This document shows positions 1-12,747 of a stretch of DNA of 41,490 bases, piece by piece. Positions within the stretch are counted from its first letter, which is position 1. Every line of letters starts with the position of its first letter. Both the position numbers and the translations under genes were made by a program. The stretch spans positions 1 to 41,490 of the forward strand of contig JAUCBJ010004875.1 of assembly GCA_032718475.1 (NCBI GenBank). Reading direction: 5' to 3'. This DNA is from Nemertoderma westbladi. Its lineage: Eukaryota > Animalia > Xenacoelomorpha. The notes beneath the pieces are model-generated. The model did not search any database. It was not told the origin of the DNA and saw only the letters and a list, made by a program, of their open reading frames with translations.

Positions 1-3000
1 ATATAGGCTCTAGCAAGTCCTTGCCAGTAAACTTATAAGCTCTAGCAAGTCCTTCCCAGTGAACTTATACGTTCTAGCAAGTCCTTCCCAGTAAACTTAT
101 AGGCTCTAGCAAGTCCTTCCCAGTAAACTTATAGGCTCTAGCAAGTCCTTCCCAGTAAACTTATAGGCTCTAGCAAGTCCTTGCCAGTAAACTTATAGGC
201 TCTAGCAAGTCCTTGCCATTAAACTTAGGCTCTAGCAAGTCCTTGCCAGTAAACTTATACGCTCTAGCAAGTCCTTGCCAGTAAACTTATAGGCTCTAGC
301 AAGTCCTTGCCAGTAAACTTATAAGCTCTAGCAAGTCCTTGCCAGTAAACTTATAGGCTCTAGCAAGTCCTTCCCAGTAAACTTATACGCTCTAGCAAGT
401 CCTTGCCAGTAAACTTATACGCTCTAGCAAGTCCTTGCCAGTAAACTTATAGACTCTAGCAAGTCCTTGCCAGTAAACTTATACGCTCTAGCAAGTCCTT
501 CCCAGTAAACTACGGCTCTAGCATTGCCAGTAAAATTAGGCTCTAGCAAGTCCTTCCCAGTAAACTTATAGGCTGTAGCAAGTCATTGCCAGTAAATTTA
601 GGCTCTAGTAAGTCCTTGCCAGTAAACTCAGGCTCTAGCATTGCCAGTAAACTTAGGCTCTACCATTGCCAGTAAACTTAGGCTCTAGCATGTCCTTCCC
701 AGTAAACTTAGGCTCTAGCAAGTCCTTGCCAGTAAACGTATAGGCTCTAGCAAATCCTTGCCATTAAACTTATAAGCTCTAGGAAGTCCTTCCCAGTAAA
801 CTTATAGGCTCTAGCAAGTCCTTGCCAGTAAACGTATAGGCTCTAGCAAATCCTTGCCATTAAACTTATAAGCTCTAGGAAGTCCTTCCCAGTAAACTTA
901 TAGGCTCTAGCATGTCCTTCCCAGTAAACTTAGGCTCTAGCAAGTCCTCCCCAGTAAACTTATAGGCTCTAGGAAGTCCTTGCCAGTAAACGTATAGGCT
1001 CTAACAAGTCATTGCCAGTAAACTTATAGGCTCTAGCAAGTCCTTGCCAGTAAACTTAGGCTCTAGCAAGTCCTTGCCAGTAAACTAATAGGCTCTAGCA
1101 AGTCCTTGCCAGTAAACTTAGGCTCTAGCAAGTCCTTCCCAGTAAACTTATAAGCTCTAGCAAGTCCTTGCCAGTAAACTTATAGGCTCTAGCTAGTCCT
1201 TGCCAGTAAACGTATAGGCTCTAGCAAGTCCTTGCCAGTAAACTTAGGATCTAGCAAGTCCTCCCCAGTAAACTTATAGGCTCTAGGAAGTCCTTGCCAG
1301 TAAACTTAGGATCTAGCAAGTCCTCCCCAGTAAACTTATAGGCTCTAGGAAGTCCTTGCCAGTAAACGTATAGGCTCTAACAAGTCCTTGCCAGTAAACT
1401 TAGGATCTAGCAAGTCCTCCCCAGTAAACTTATAGGCTCTAGGAAGTCCTTGCCAGTAAACGTATAGGCTCTAACAAGTCCTTGCCAGTAAACTTAGGCT
1501 CTAGCAAGTCCTTGCCAGTAAACTTATAGGCTCTAGCAAGTCCTTGCCAGTAAACTTAGGCTCTAGCAAGTCCTTGCCAGTAAACTTAGGATCTAGCAAG
1601 TCCTCCCCAGTAAACTTATAGGCTCTAGGAAGTCCTTGCCAGTAAACGTATAGGCTCTAACAAGTCCTTGCCAGTAAACTTAGGCTCTAGCAAGTCCTTG
1701 CCAGTAAACTTATAGGCTCTAGCAAGTCCTTGCCAGTAAACTTAGGCTCTAGCAAGTCCTTGCCAGTAAACTTATAGGCTCTAGCAAGTCCTTACCATTA
1801 AACTTATAGGCTCTAGCAAGTCCTTGCCAGTAAACTTAGGCTCTAGCAAGTCCTTCCCAATAAACTTATAGGCTCTAGCAACTCCTTACCATTAAACTTA
1901 TAGGCTCTAGCAAGTCCTTGCCAGTAAACTTATACGCTCTAGCAAGTCCTTGCCAGTAAACTTATAGGCTCTAGCAAGTCCTTCCCAGTAAACATATAGG
2001 CTCTAGCAAGTCCTTGCCAATAAACTTATACGCTCTAGCAAGTCCTTCCCAGTAAACGTATAGGCTCTAACAAGTCATTGCCAGTAAACTTAGGCTCTAG
2101 CAAGTCCTTCCCAGTAAACTTATAAGCTCTAGCAAGTCCTTGCCAGTAAACTTATAGGCTCTAGCTAGTCCTTGCCAATAAACTTATACGCTCTAGCAAG
2201 TCCTTCCCAGTAAACGTATAGGCTCTAACAAGTCATTGCCAGTAAACTTAGGCTCTAGCAAGTCCTTGCCAGTAAACTTATAGGCTCTAGCAAGTCCTTA
2301 CCATTAAACTTATAGGCTCTAGCAAGTCCTTGCCAGTAAACTTAGGCTCTAGGAAGTCCTTGCCAGTAAACTTAGGCTCTAGCAAGTCCTTGCCAGTAAA
2401 CGTATACGATCTAGCAAGTCCTCCCCAGTAAACTTATAGGCTCTAGGAAGTCCTTGCCAGTAAACGTATAGGCTCTAACAAGTCCTTGCCAGTAAACTTA
2501 GGCTCTAGCAAGTCCTTGCCAGTAAACTTAGGCTCTAGGAAGTCCTTGCCAGTAAACTTAGGCTCTAGCAAGTCCTTGCCAGTAAACGTATAGGCTCTAG
2601 CTAGTATACTTGCCAGTAAACTTAGGATCTAGCAAGTCATTGCCAGTAAACGTATACGATCTAGCAAGTCCTCCCCAGTAAACTTATAGGCTCTAGGAAG
2701 TCCTTGCCAGTAAACGTATAGGCTCTAACAAGTCCTTGCCAGTAAACTTAGGCTCTAGCAAGTCCTTGCCAGTAAACTTATAGGCTCTAGCAAGTCCTTG
2801 CCAATAAACTTATACGCTCTAGCAAGTCCTTCCCAGTAAACGTATAGGCTCTAACAAGTCATTGCCAGTAAACTTAGGCTCTAGCAAGTCCTTCCCAGTA
2901 AACTTATAGGCTCTAGCTAGTCCTTGCCAGTAAACTTATAGGCTCTAGCAAGTCCTTGCCAGTAAACTTAGGCTCTAGCAAGTCCTTGCCAGTAAACTTA

Positions 3001-4790
3001 TAGGCTCTAGCTAGTCCTTGCCAGTAAACTTAGGATCTAGCAAGTCCTTGCCAGTAAACTTATAAGCTCTAGGAAGTCCTTCCCAGTAAACTTATAGGCT
3101 CTAGCAAGTCCTTGCCAGTAAACTTAGGCTCTAGCAAGTCCTTGCCAGTAAACTTATAGGCTCTAGCTAGTCCTTGCCAGTAAACTTAGGATCTAGCAAG
3201 TCCTTGCCAGTAAACTTAGGCTCTAGCAAGTCCTTGCCAGTAAACTTAGGATCTAGCAAGTCCTTGCCAGTAAACTTAGGCTCTAGCAAGTCCTTGCCAG
3301 TAAACTTATAGGCTCTAGCAAGTCCTTACCATTAAACTTATAGGCTCTAGCAAGTCCTTGCCAGTAAACTTAGGCTCTAGGAAGTCCTTGCCAGTAAACT
3401 TAGGCTCTAGCAAGTCCTTGCCAGTAAACGTATACGATCTAGCAAGTCCTCCCCAGTAAACTTATAGGCTCTAGGAAGTCCTTGCCAGTAAACGTATAGG
3501 CTCTAACAAGTCCTTGCCAGTAAACTTAGGCTCTAGCAAGTCCTTGCCAGTAAACTTATAGGCTCTAGCAAGTCCTTGCCAGTAAACTTATAGGCTCTAG
3601 CAAGTCCTTGCCAGTAAACTTATAGGCTCTAGCAAGTCCTTGCCAGTAAACTTATAGGCTCTAGCAAGTCCTTGCCAGTAAACTTATAGGCTCTAGCAAG
3701 TCCTTGCCAGTAAACTTAGGCTCTAGCAAGTCCTTGCCAGTAAACTTATAGGCTCTAGCAAGTCCTTACCATTAAACTTATAGGCTCTAGCAAGTCCTTG
3801 CCAGTAAACTTAGGCTCTAGCAAGTCCTTCCCAATAAACTTATAGGCTCTAGCAACTCCTTACCATTAAACTTATAGGCTCTAGCAAGTCCTTGCCAGTA
3901 AACTTATACGCTCTAGCAAGTCCTTGCCAGTAAACTTATAGGCTCTAGCAAGTCCTTCCCAGTAAACATATAGGCTCTAGCAAGTCCTTGCCAATAAACT
4001 TATACGCTCTAGCAAGTCCTTCCCAGTAAACGTATAGGCTCTAACAAGTCATTGCCAGTAAACTTATAGGCTCTAGCAAGTCCTTCCCAGTAAACTTATA
4101 GGCTCTAGCAAGTCCTTGCCAGTAAACTTATAGGCTCTAGCAAGTCCTTGCCATTAAACTTAGGCTCTAGCAAGTCCTTGCCAGTAAACTTAGGCTCTAG
4201 CAAGTCCTTGCCAGTAAACTTATAGGCTCTAGCAAGTCCTCCCCAGTAAACTTATAGGCTCTAGGAAGTCCTTGCCAGTAAACGTATAGGCTCTAACAAG
4301 TCATTGCCAGTAAACTTATAGGCTCTAGCAAGTCCTTGCCAGTAAACTTAGGCTCTAGCAAGTCCTTGCCAGTAAACTTATAGGCTCTAGCAAGTCCTCC
4401 CCAGTAAACTTATAGGCTCTAGGAAGTCTTTGCCAGTAAACGTATAGGCTCTAACAAGTCATTGCCAGTAAACTTATAGGCTCTAGCAAGTCCTTGCCAG
4501 TAAACTTAGGCTCTAGCAAGTCCTTGCCAGTAAACTTATAGGCTCTAGCAAGTCCTTGCCAGTAAACTTATAGGCTCTAGCAAGTCCTTGCCATTAAACT
4601 TAGGCTCTAGCAAGTCATTGCCAGTAAACTTATAGGCTCTAGCAAGTCCTTGCCAGTAAACTTAGGATCTAGCAAGTCCTTGCCAGTAAACTTAGGCTCT
4701 AGCAAGTCCTTGCCAGTAAACTTATAGGCTCTAGCTAGTATACTTGCCAGTAAACTTAGGATCTAGCAAGTCCTTGCCAGTAAACTTACG
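1..4790. repeat. Tandem satellite, 32/30-bp monomer (ATAGGCTCTAGCAAGTCCTTGCCAGTAAACTT; 30-mer lacks TA), roughly 150 copies, open at left edge
   Basis: Periodicity directly visible; recurring variants (TTCCC/TTGCC, AACGTA, CTCTAACA, GGATCT) form duplicated blocks. Confidence 0.99.
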
Positions 4791-5134
4791 TCTCTGCAAG
4801 TAAATTTATATACCTGCAAATTAGACTTACATACCTGCAATTTATCTTATATCAGTGCAAGTGAACTTAGGTCTCTACAATTAATACAATCTATATACAG
4901 TATAATATGCTTATTATGATACTTCAATAACTTCGAAAATTATCACGTAAAATAAACTGTTGTTGGCTCCCTGTAATGGGATAATTCGATATTAGTTAAC
5001 ATAATTGTATAATTTCTTCCTCCTTTTACTACAAATTACCAAACACTGGGGAGGGAGTTTTTACGTATATTTTATTTTTATTACAAAAAATGTCATTTTT
5101 ATTAAGAACATAATCACAACATTTGAATGAATAT

Positions 5135-5285
5135 TTCCAATTTCAGTCCCCGGTTACCAATTTCAGTCACCGGTTACCAATTTCAGTAACAAGTTACCAA
5201 TTTCAGTCCCCGGTTACTAATTTCAGTTTCCAATCTCTATTTACCAATTCAATTTCCGGTTACCAATTTCAGTCCCAAGTTACCC
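5135..5285. repeat. Degenerate 20-bp tandem repeat (CCAATTTCAGTCCCCGGTTA)
   Basis: About 7 imperfect copies. Confidence 0.9.
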
Positions 5286-6594
5286 AACCCCAGCTATAGT
5301 ATATGGCTGCCCCCGACCCTTCTACCACCAAATACCAACCCCCCCCCCCCTCCCCCACCAAAAAAATGTTTCATTTAACATATATTTACAATAACTAATT
5401 GTTGTGGAATACTGTATATATTATTATTGATGACTACTGATTCGTATGCATGGTTGATAATTTTGCACATAATTTCAAGAAGAATTCACTTTAGTGCAAA
5501 TAATTATAATTTATATAATGTTCTCTGGTATCTCTGGTGTGTTCCAAAAGACCTCCACTTCCACCAGCTTAGGGTTATGTGTTACTTCCACAAATAATAA
5601 TACACAAGTAATATAAATTGGGGGGGTTTATGCGCCTGTCGATTTATACGAATCGACAGGCGCAACAAAAGTATTTGGAATATTATGCCCATGTATACTT
5701 ATATATGTAAGTAAGCCTTCAAGTATAAACAAAACTGACCTTAACAAAATCAAGGTAGGCATTTGTTATTTTCCATCAGCAACATGGGCTTTAACTTTTA
5801 ACTTTACATGGCATTAATAATACTGTAATATTCTAGAACAATACCACATGGCCAACGCCGTCGGCCATGCGCTCGCACGGCGCAAATGCTCCATTTGCGC
5901 TCTCCACCTGGATAAGAGGGCGTTTGCGGGGAGTTATTAATAAATTTAAGGGGGGGTACACCATTTTCGGACAACTCTTCGATTTATCACTCGCAGCGTT
6001 TCAAAATTGTTTAATTTTGGCTAAAATTTGGCATATACGTGCCTAAGATGCTATTCTACATGACTGGTCAGAAAATTTTTTTTTTCGCTATTTAATACAG
6101 TATTAGTTAATACTAGTTAACAACAAAAAAAACTTGGTTGCGCTTAAAACCCTAAGGCTTTTACAGTTTTGAACCTAATCACATGAAATTTTTTTTATAT
6201 GATAGATCAAAGATGGGACAACATAACTATCAGGCGAAATTTTGTTAAAATAATTCTGCACCGCTAGGTGGCGCTGCAAATTTATGCAAATTTTTAGGTT
6301 TTTTATAAATAGTATTAAATTTTATAAACAAAAAATTTCGAAAAGTTGCCCGATACTTTTATGCAGGATGGCTATCTAGACACCCACAGGAAGTTTCAGA
6401 CTAATTACTCAAAAATTGTAGAAGTAGTAGGGTTTTGAAGTTGACAATTTCATGAAAAAAATATTTGGAGATAATCGACCTTTCATTATACACTAGTGCA
6501 CGTGCAGATGATATATGAATATGTGTGGGAGATTTGAGAACTGCATACGGAACAGACACCATCATTAAATAAAACACCACCCCCATAAGAGATA

Positions 6595-8300
6595 ACTGTC
6601 AAGTTTCAACTTTAGGCAGATTGTAAATAACAAAATTTCCAGAAAATGATCACTTTCAGATCCACCCTCTACCTGCGGACTGGTGAAATGCAGACGGCGC
6701 TGCAGTTTGGTAAAGATGGGGTTTATGGTGAAGTAAAATGCCTGCCTTTCAAGTTTCAGCTTAAACAGATTGTAAATAACAAAATTGGTGTAGATGTTCA
6801 CATTCAAACATTTCACCCTCTAGCGGTAGACTGAAGAACTGTAGACTACTCTAGGACTCCGTAAAGATACAGAATATGCTGTAGTAGATTCCTGCCAAGT
6901 TCCAGCTCAATAGGATTAAAAAGAACCAAATGGGATGAGGTGTTCACTATCAGATATTTCGCCCTCTAGCGTCAGATGGGGGGACTTTATACAACTCTGC
7001 GACTCCATAAAGGTACAGCCTATGTTGTAGTAGATGCCTACCACGTTTCAGCTCAAAATGATTAAAAAGAACCAAATGAGATGAGGTTTTCACTATCAGA
7101 CAATTCGCCCTCTAGCGGCTGATTGTTGAAATGTAGACGATTCTTCTACTCCGCAAAGATATAGCCTATGCAATAGTAGATGCCTACCAAGTTTCAGTCT
7201 AAAAGGATTGTAAATAACAAAGTTGGAGGAGATGTTAACTTTCAGACATTTCACCCTCTAGCGGTAGACTGGGGAAGTGTATAGGACTCTGCAACTCCGT
7301 AAAGATACAGCCTATGATGTAGTAGATACCTGCCGAGTTTCAGCTCAAAATGATTAAAAAGAACCAAATGAGATGAGGTTTTCACTATCAGACAATTCGC
7401 CCTCTAGCGGCTGATTGTTGAAATGTAGACGATTCTTCTACTCCGCAAAGATATAGCCTATGCAATAGTAGATGCCTACCAAGTTTCAGTCTAAAAGGAT
7501 TGTAAATAACAAAGTTGGAGGAGATGTTAACTTTCATACATTTCGCCCTCTAGTGGCAGACGCGGGTAATGTAGACAACTCTGCGCGACTCAGTAAAGAT
7601 ATAGCCTATGCTGTAGTAGATGCCTACCAAGTTCAGTCTAAATGGATTATAAATAACAAAGTTGGAGAAGATGTTAACTTTCAGACATTTAGCCCTCTAA
7701 CGGTAGACTGGGGAACTGTAGACAAATCAGTGACTCCGGAAATATACAGCCTATGCTGCAGTATATAGCTACCAAGTTTCAGCTCAAAAGCATTAAAAAT
7801 AACAAAGTGTGGAGAAGATGTTAACTTTCAGACATTTCGCCCTCTAGCGGTAGACTGGGGAATTGTAGACGACTCTGCGACTCCGTAAAGATACAGCCTA
7901 TGCTGTAGTAGATGCCTACCAAGTTCAGTCTAAACGGATTGTAAATGACAAAGTTGGAGAAGATGTTAACTCTCAGACATTTAGCCCTCTAACGGTAGAC
8001 TGGGGAACTGTAGACAACTCAGTGACTCCGGAAATATACAGCCTATGCTGCAGTATATAGCTACCAAGTTTCAGCTCAAAAGCATTAAAAATAACAAAGT
8101 TGGAGAAGATGTTAACTTTCAGACATTTCGCCCTCTAGCGGTAGACTGGGGAACTGTAGACAACCCAGTGACTCCGGAAATATACAGCCTATGCTGCAGT
8201 ATATAGCTACCATGTTTCAGCTCAAAAGCATTAAAAACAACCCTATAAGATCAGGTTTTCACTATCGGATAATTCGCCCTCTAGCGGCAGACGGTGGAAC
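6595..8300. repeat. Tandem array of ~146-bp monomers (~12 copies) with local 292-bp dimer
   Basis: AAGTTTCAG-like anchor at ~6601, 6751, 6897, 7043, 7189, 7335, 7481, 7629, 7774, 7921, 8066, 8212; 7051-7240 nearly identical to 7343-7532. Confidence 0.95.
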
Positions 8301-9070
8301 TTCAGACGGCTCTGAGTATTACGTTGCAACGAGTTAGGGCGAGACCCATCTAACGAGCTATAGTAAGCGAGATTTCATCGAGATTAGATGTATAATATTA
8401 GATAAAATAATAATACAGTAAGTATAGGCCTACAGAAATAATTATTTTACTTTTAATATTCATAACAGTAAAACAAAAATGTTATAAACCTCTCCTTCCA
8501 TGCAGCCAATGATTGAGAAAGCAGAATTACTCTGAGCAATTCGCAACAGACAACCCAAACCCACCCCAATCAACACTCCAGCCTGCTTGCTCCTTATCTG
8601 TGCCCAGCCAGCTAGCTGCAAGTTCAATAATTACCTTAACGTTGCTATGATACAGAAAACAATCCTTCCCTATTCAATAACTATAGGCCCATTCGATCGT
8701 GCTTGGCGAATATGACATATTTATACACTATTTGATTTTTAATCAATAAATAATCATACATATTTATATTAAACACTCGAATAAAATAAAAACTTTGTGA
8801 GAATGGGACACGGCGAATCTACCCATGTTAATTTTATACCAGGTGGGATAAATGTTAGCCCTCTAAATCATTAATTACCGATAGAAGAACCGAAATAAAT
8901 CGATAAATTTCGCCCGAAAATCACGAAAATCGCCCTCTAGCGGCAGACGGGCGAACTTGAGACGGCTCTGAGTATTACGTTGCAACGAGTTAGGGCGAGA
9001 CCTTTCTAACGAGCTATAGCAAGCGAGATTTCATCGAGATGGGTTCGATTGTATAGCCGATGACAAACAC

Positions 9071-9071
<1 letters not shown>

Positions 9072-9129
<58 letters not shown>
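9072..9129. repeat. (GACA)n microsatellite
   Basis: Directly visible. Confidence 0.98.
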
Positions 9130-9130
<1 letters not shown>

Positions 9131-9439
9131 TCGATATTTATATATATTAGATAGTAATAGTAATTTGAATAGGATTCCGTAACTTGAAAACTAAAAGAGC
9201 TATTAAATAGCGGTTTTCAGATTTGGAAACACCATTCAATGGTGCATTACAATAGACCATAAAAAAAATTTCGACATATTTTGGACCAAAATGGTGTACC
9301 CCCCCCCTTAAGTCTCAAATTTTAGAGTACTGGCGAAGTTCCTAGGGCGAAGTTCCGAACCTTCCTGCATTGTTCTTTAAATTTGCTTAGTTTTTTCCCA
9401 AAATATCCCATTACTCAGATTATGTAGAAAAGATGACGT

Positions 9440-9492
9440 ATTCAAAATATATCTGCTAGACACTTGAAGTGTCTAGCAGATATATTTTGAAT
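9440..9492. repeat. Perfect 53-bp inverted repeat (26-bp arms, 1-nt spacer)
   Basis: ATTCAAAATATATCTGCTAGACACTT-G-AAGTGTCTAGCAGATATATTTTGAAT. Confidence 0.97.
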
Positions 9493-9709
9493 CCACTTTA
9501 CATTTGGCAAATTTATCGGCAACTTGTTGAGCAACTAGCAACTTAATTTAAACAATTTAGCTTGTTCGCAGTTTAAACGAGGAAACTTTTTACAGCAACT
9601 TAGTATTTACAATGAGCAACTTGATCGGCAACCTGAATCGTTCACGTGTAAACCGGCCTTTAGAGTAAAACATTATCAATCCAGATAGGTGAATTACACG
9701 TAGTGAGAC

Positions 9710-10189
9710 ACGTAGTCGGCGAGCCTTGGCATACGGTTCATATAGGGCAAATGGGGCATGTCCGTCTGTCTGTCTGTCTGTCTGTCTGTCTGGTAAATGT
9801 TTGAACGCGAATTTCTCTGCATCGCTGGTTCGGAATTGAACCAAACTTAGTAGGTAAGTAGTAGAGAGAAAATTTAGAAAGTTTGTAAAGTTTGGTGAAA
9901 AATCATGCAGTCTGACGTCAGCTACGACAGATTATGTGGTTTTTAGAAAATGTTAAATTTCTCGGGAAGGCCTCATTTTCCTGAGCTGAAATTTTGGTGG
10001 CCTGTAGAGAATCATGAAGTCTATCTTTTACGAAATTGAAAAGTTAAGATTAACCTATCTAATTAAGTTAGAAGATTAACTTGTCTTATATGTATTATAG
10101 GACACTGTTTAAGCGGTAAGATCAACCTGTACGCACAACCTTGTGCTGCGGTAGCCTGCTGGTGAGAATCGGTGATGGCCTATTCTAGT
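9710..10189 (+). mobile_element. Helentron/DINE-1-like (HINE) non-autonomous element
   Basis: TCCGTCTG(TCTG)n microsatellite at 9761-9792, then AACGCGAATTTCTC...GGAATTGAACCAAACTT core and CTAGT at 10185-10189; boundaries approximate. Confidence 0.55.
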
Positions 10190-11115
10190 GGTGGAGAGCC
10201 AATTTCCTCAAACGCCTGATCAAGGACACCGGACTTGAGAATAGGGATGAACTGGGAAGTGTATGGCAGACAGTGAGATAGGCCTAATGGGTTAATATGG
10301 TGCTGACACTTCATCTTTGTGCAAGCCGATCATGAACATCTGATAGAATGAATATCAACAATTTCTGGCCGAAACCAAAACATAACAAATGACCTACATC
10401 GGATGGAGAGCTTTACGTAAAATAAAAAGAAATAAAATAATGAAAAAAAAACATTCCAACTCACCTCGTAGTAAAATCAAACCCTTATATCGTGAAAACC
10501 ACTGTTCATTGGTTGACCACTCCCGTAATGCTAGACTAACTCACTGAATCTACCAATTCATATCCATAGCGTATAAATTGATTGCATCAGATAAGGACTG
10601 TGTTAATATTGTAGAATTAACGTACCCGCAGACAATATCTGGCAGTTTAGTGGCAACCTAATTATAACTCCTCACAATGTATCTTAAGAAACCGGAGGCA
10701 CATATTTTGTTTGGTATGGATTTTTCATCTAGAAATTTTCGTTCCATACATTTTGTCGCAGTCTTTTCGGCCCGAAATATTCGTCCGAGTGTCTGCAATA
10801 TACATCGGTTTGAAAATCAAGTATTTATTAGGAAATAATGAAAACGATTATTGAATTAAAAAATAAAATAAAATATTCTCCTACATTTTGAACTATTGGC
10901 AACTTTTCATCTTTTTATCCTAATGTATCCAATATACCGGTGCCTGTGTGTATGAGTCTTTATTGTAAACTAATGCCAAATTAATATGGTCTTTAGTCTG
11001 TTATACGAATCTTTATTTACATGGAAATCATTAACGCTAATAAAACAGTGTGATTTTAATATAATTATATCAATTAAGTCTAGAACATTGAATAATATTA
11101 TTCGGTTGTTTTCAG

Positions 11116-11264
11116 TGATTTTAGTTCTGCTCAACGCCTGGGAGATTCGCGTTTGTAAACGAAATAATTTTACCTTCTCTGGTCGTAACGACGAAGTGTT
11201 TGGTGGTCCAGAATGCACGATGAACAACTTGGGTGAACCCAGAGGGATATTCTTTACTAATCAG
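11116..11264 (+). CDS. PACC1/TMEM206-like proton-activated chloride channel homolog, internal exon A (phase 1 to 0)
   Basis: TTTTCAG acceptor, CAG|GTAATT donor; ILVLLNAWEIRVCKRNNFTFSGRNDEVFGGPECTMNNLGEPRGIFFTNQ matches recalled human IALYP..LLSCKHH..MNCTT..PFSNQ. Confidence 0.85.
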
Positions 11265-11407
11265 GTAATTAGCAGATAATAATAGAGTAACCATCATCAG
11301 TATACTGGACAATAATATATTGTTGTATCCAATAAGTTTAACAACTATGTTGTTATTATTTTAATCTGCCAGTTCATGTGAGATAATTCATTACATTTTA
11401 GTCATAG

Positions 11408-12714
11408 TGTTGGCGTTATTTCTAACGCCGATGTAAGTTCGAGAGGGTTTGTGGATCTCAGCGATACTAGTCACCGGATATTGGATCGGGGAGTGGTTGG
11501 ATAATGCAGGGTAATATAGATCAAAAATGAAAAAGAACGAGTTGGGTGGAATCATCAATTTATTCTAACTGATTTTGTTCTCTAACGATTCTTTTGAATC
11601 GTTCGATGAACGTTCAAAAATTCGTTTTAATCGAATGACTCACTGTCCCAATTAATGGGACTCCCCAATACGCCAATAAATGCCAATATAAATAGAATAT
11701 ACACAATAAATGATTTATTAATAAGCCTATAGTAAAAAATTATTTAATCAGGCAGAGGACTTTATTTCACTCTGATTTTAACACCCAAACTACGTGTGAA
11801 ACCCGTCAGTCCAGTCCGTCCTTCGGATTTCCGTCGGTAGTCCATCGGGTCTATCCCTTACAATGCCTAGTGTCATCATGGCCTGATGGCTTTTCAGGCT
11901 CGTGCTAAGCTGACCAGCGCCGCTCGGCTGTCTGTTGGGTGTCTGTTGGTCGGTCAGAGAATGCAGCAGTGATGCTTATCACTCCATTGTAGTCAGTAGT
12001 ATGTCGACCCTCTGTGGACCGCTCGCCCCTCGCAATCACTTTCAGGGTTGGTCCTTAGGCAAGTCAAGCAGCTTAGCTCGGGGTATGTCGGTTCCTCACG
12101 ACGTCTAGTGTCATCATAGCTCGATGCCTTTTCAGGCTCGCACCAAGCTGACTGGCGCCACTCGGGTGGTCCGAGTCCCTCGGCCTGACCCTTGCATACC
12201 ACTCGCCCCTCTCAATCCCTTTCTGGATTGGTCCACAGGCAAGTCAAGTGGCTTAGCGCGGGTGTCAGCTGTCCCTGTCCCTTTGTCCCTCGCTCTGCCT
12301 AGTGTCACCAAGGCCAGATGCCTTTTCAGGATCATGCCAAGCTGACCGGCGCTGCTCAAGGTTCGCTGTCCCTTCCCCCTTGCTTTGCCTAGTGCCACCA
12401 AGGCCTGATGCCTTTTCAGGCTCGTGCCTAGCTGACCGGCGCTGCTTGGGTTCCACTGTCCCTTTGGCTCTAGGCCACGCCTAGGCCTTGGCATCCAGGA
12501 AATATACCTGGTGCCAGTTTGTACTAATTTCTGGGAACTCTGGGCCCTTTTAAAAGCACGGTGAGTGACGGTTTTATGTTTAGTTGTTGGTAAAACCGCC
12601 TCCTGACCTTCTAGTTTTTTTGCGCACAGTGCCTGGGACTTTTCGGATTATTCATCTATTAAAGTTTATGAATTTCATGCATGCCCGGCACCGGGATTGA
12701 AAATAACGCGAACA
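11408..12714 (-). mobile_element. Solo LTR (1307 bp), possibly BEL/Pao or gypsy
   Basis: TGTTGGCGTTATTT...AAATAACGCGAACA termini with exact 5-bp TSD CATAG (11403-11407, 12715-12719); strand inferred from minus-strand AATAAA near 11560. Confidence 0.85.
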
Positions 12715-12747
12715 CATAGCATAAAGCCCCCCCCCCCCCCCCCCCAC

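Larger units (their letters stand above)
6490..9151 (-). mobile_element. Non-autonomous Helitron-like element carrying the 146-bp array (3' end uncertain)
   Basis: Minus strand starts A|TCTAATATATATAAATATCGAT followed by (TGTC)n, a typical Helitron 5' end; ~110-bp internal duplication 8273-8384 / 8930-9040; candidate 3' CTAG at 6493 lacks a convincing hairpin. Confidence 0.6.
5950..9307. mobile_element. Non-autonomous TIR DNA transposon with TTAA target duplication (Kolobok-like termini)
   Basis: TTAA|GGGGGGGTACACCATTTT at 5946 and AAAATGGTGTACCCCCCCCC|TTAA ending 9311; no transposase inside. Confidence 0.75.

Noticed and set aside
1-4790. CRISPR array or telomere (TTAGG/TTAGGC within the 30-mer)
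   Set aside because: No unique spacers, eukaryotic context, and the telomere-like word occurs only once per monomer.
6401-7768. Short ORFs over the 146-bp array
   Set aside because: Chance frames in tandem repeats; no protein motifs.
4900-11100. PAC-like TM1 exon
   Set aside because: No open hydrophobic exon with a phase-1 donor found by eye; 10200-10290 looks like an RTE-group LINE scrap.
10986-11115. ATG starts of ORFs 10986 and 22352 as single-exon genes
   Set aside because: Their N-terminal parts are AT-rich sequence upstream of strong splice acceptors; homology begins at the acceptors.
11993-12494. Overlapping GC-rich ORFs
   Set aside because: Lie in the repeated modules of the solo LTR.
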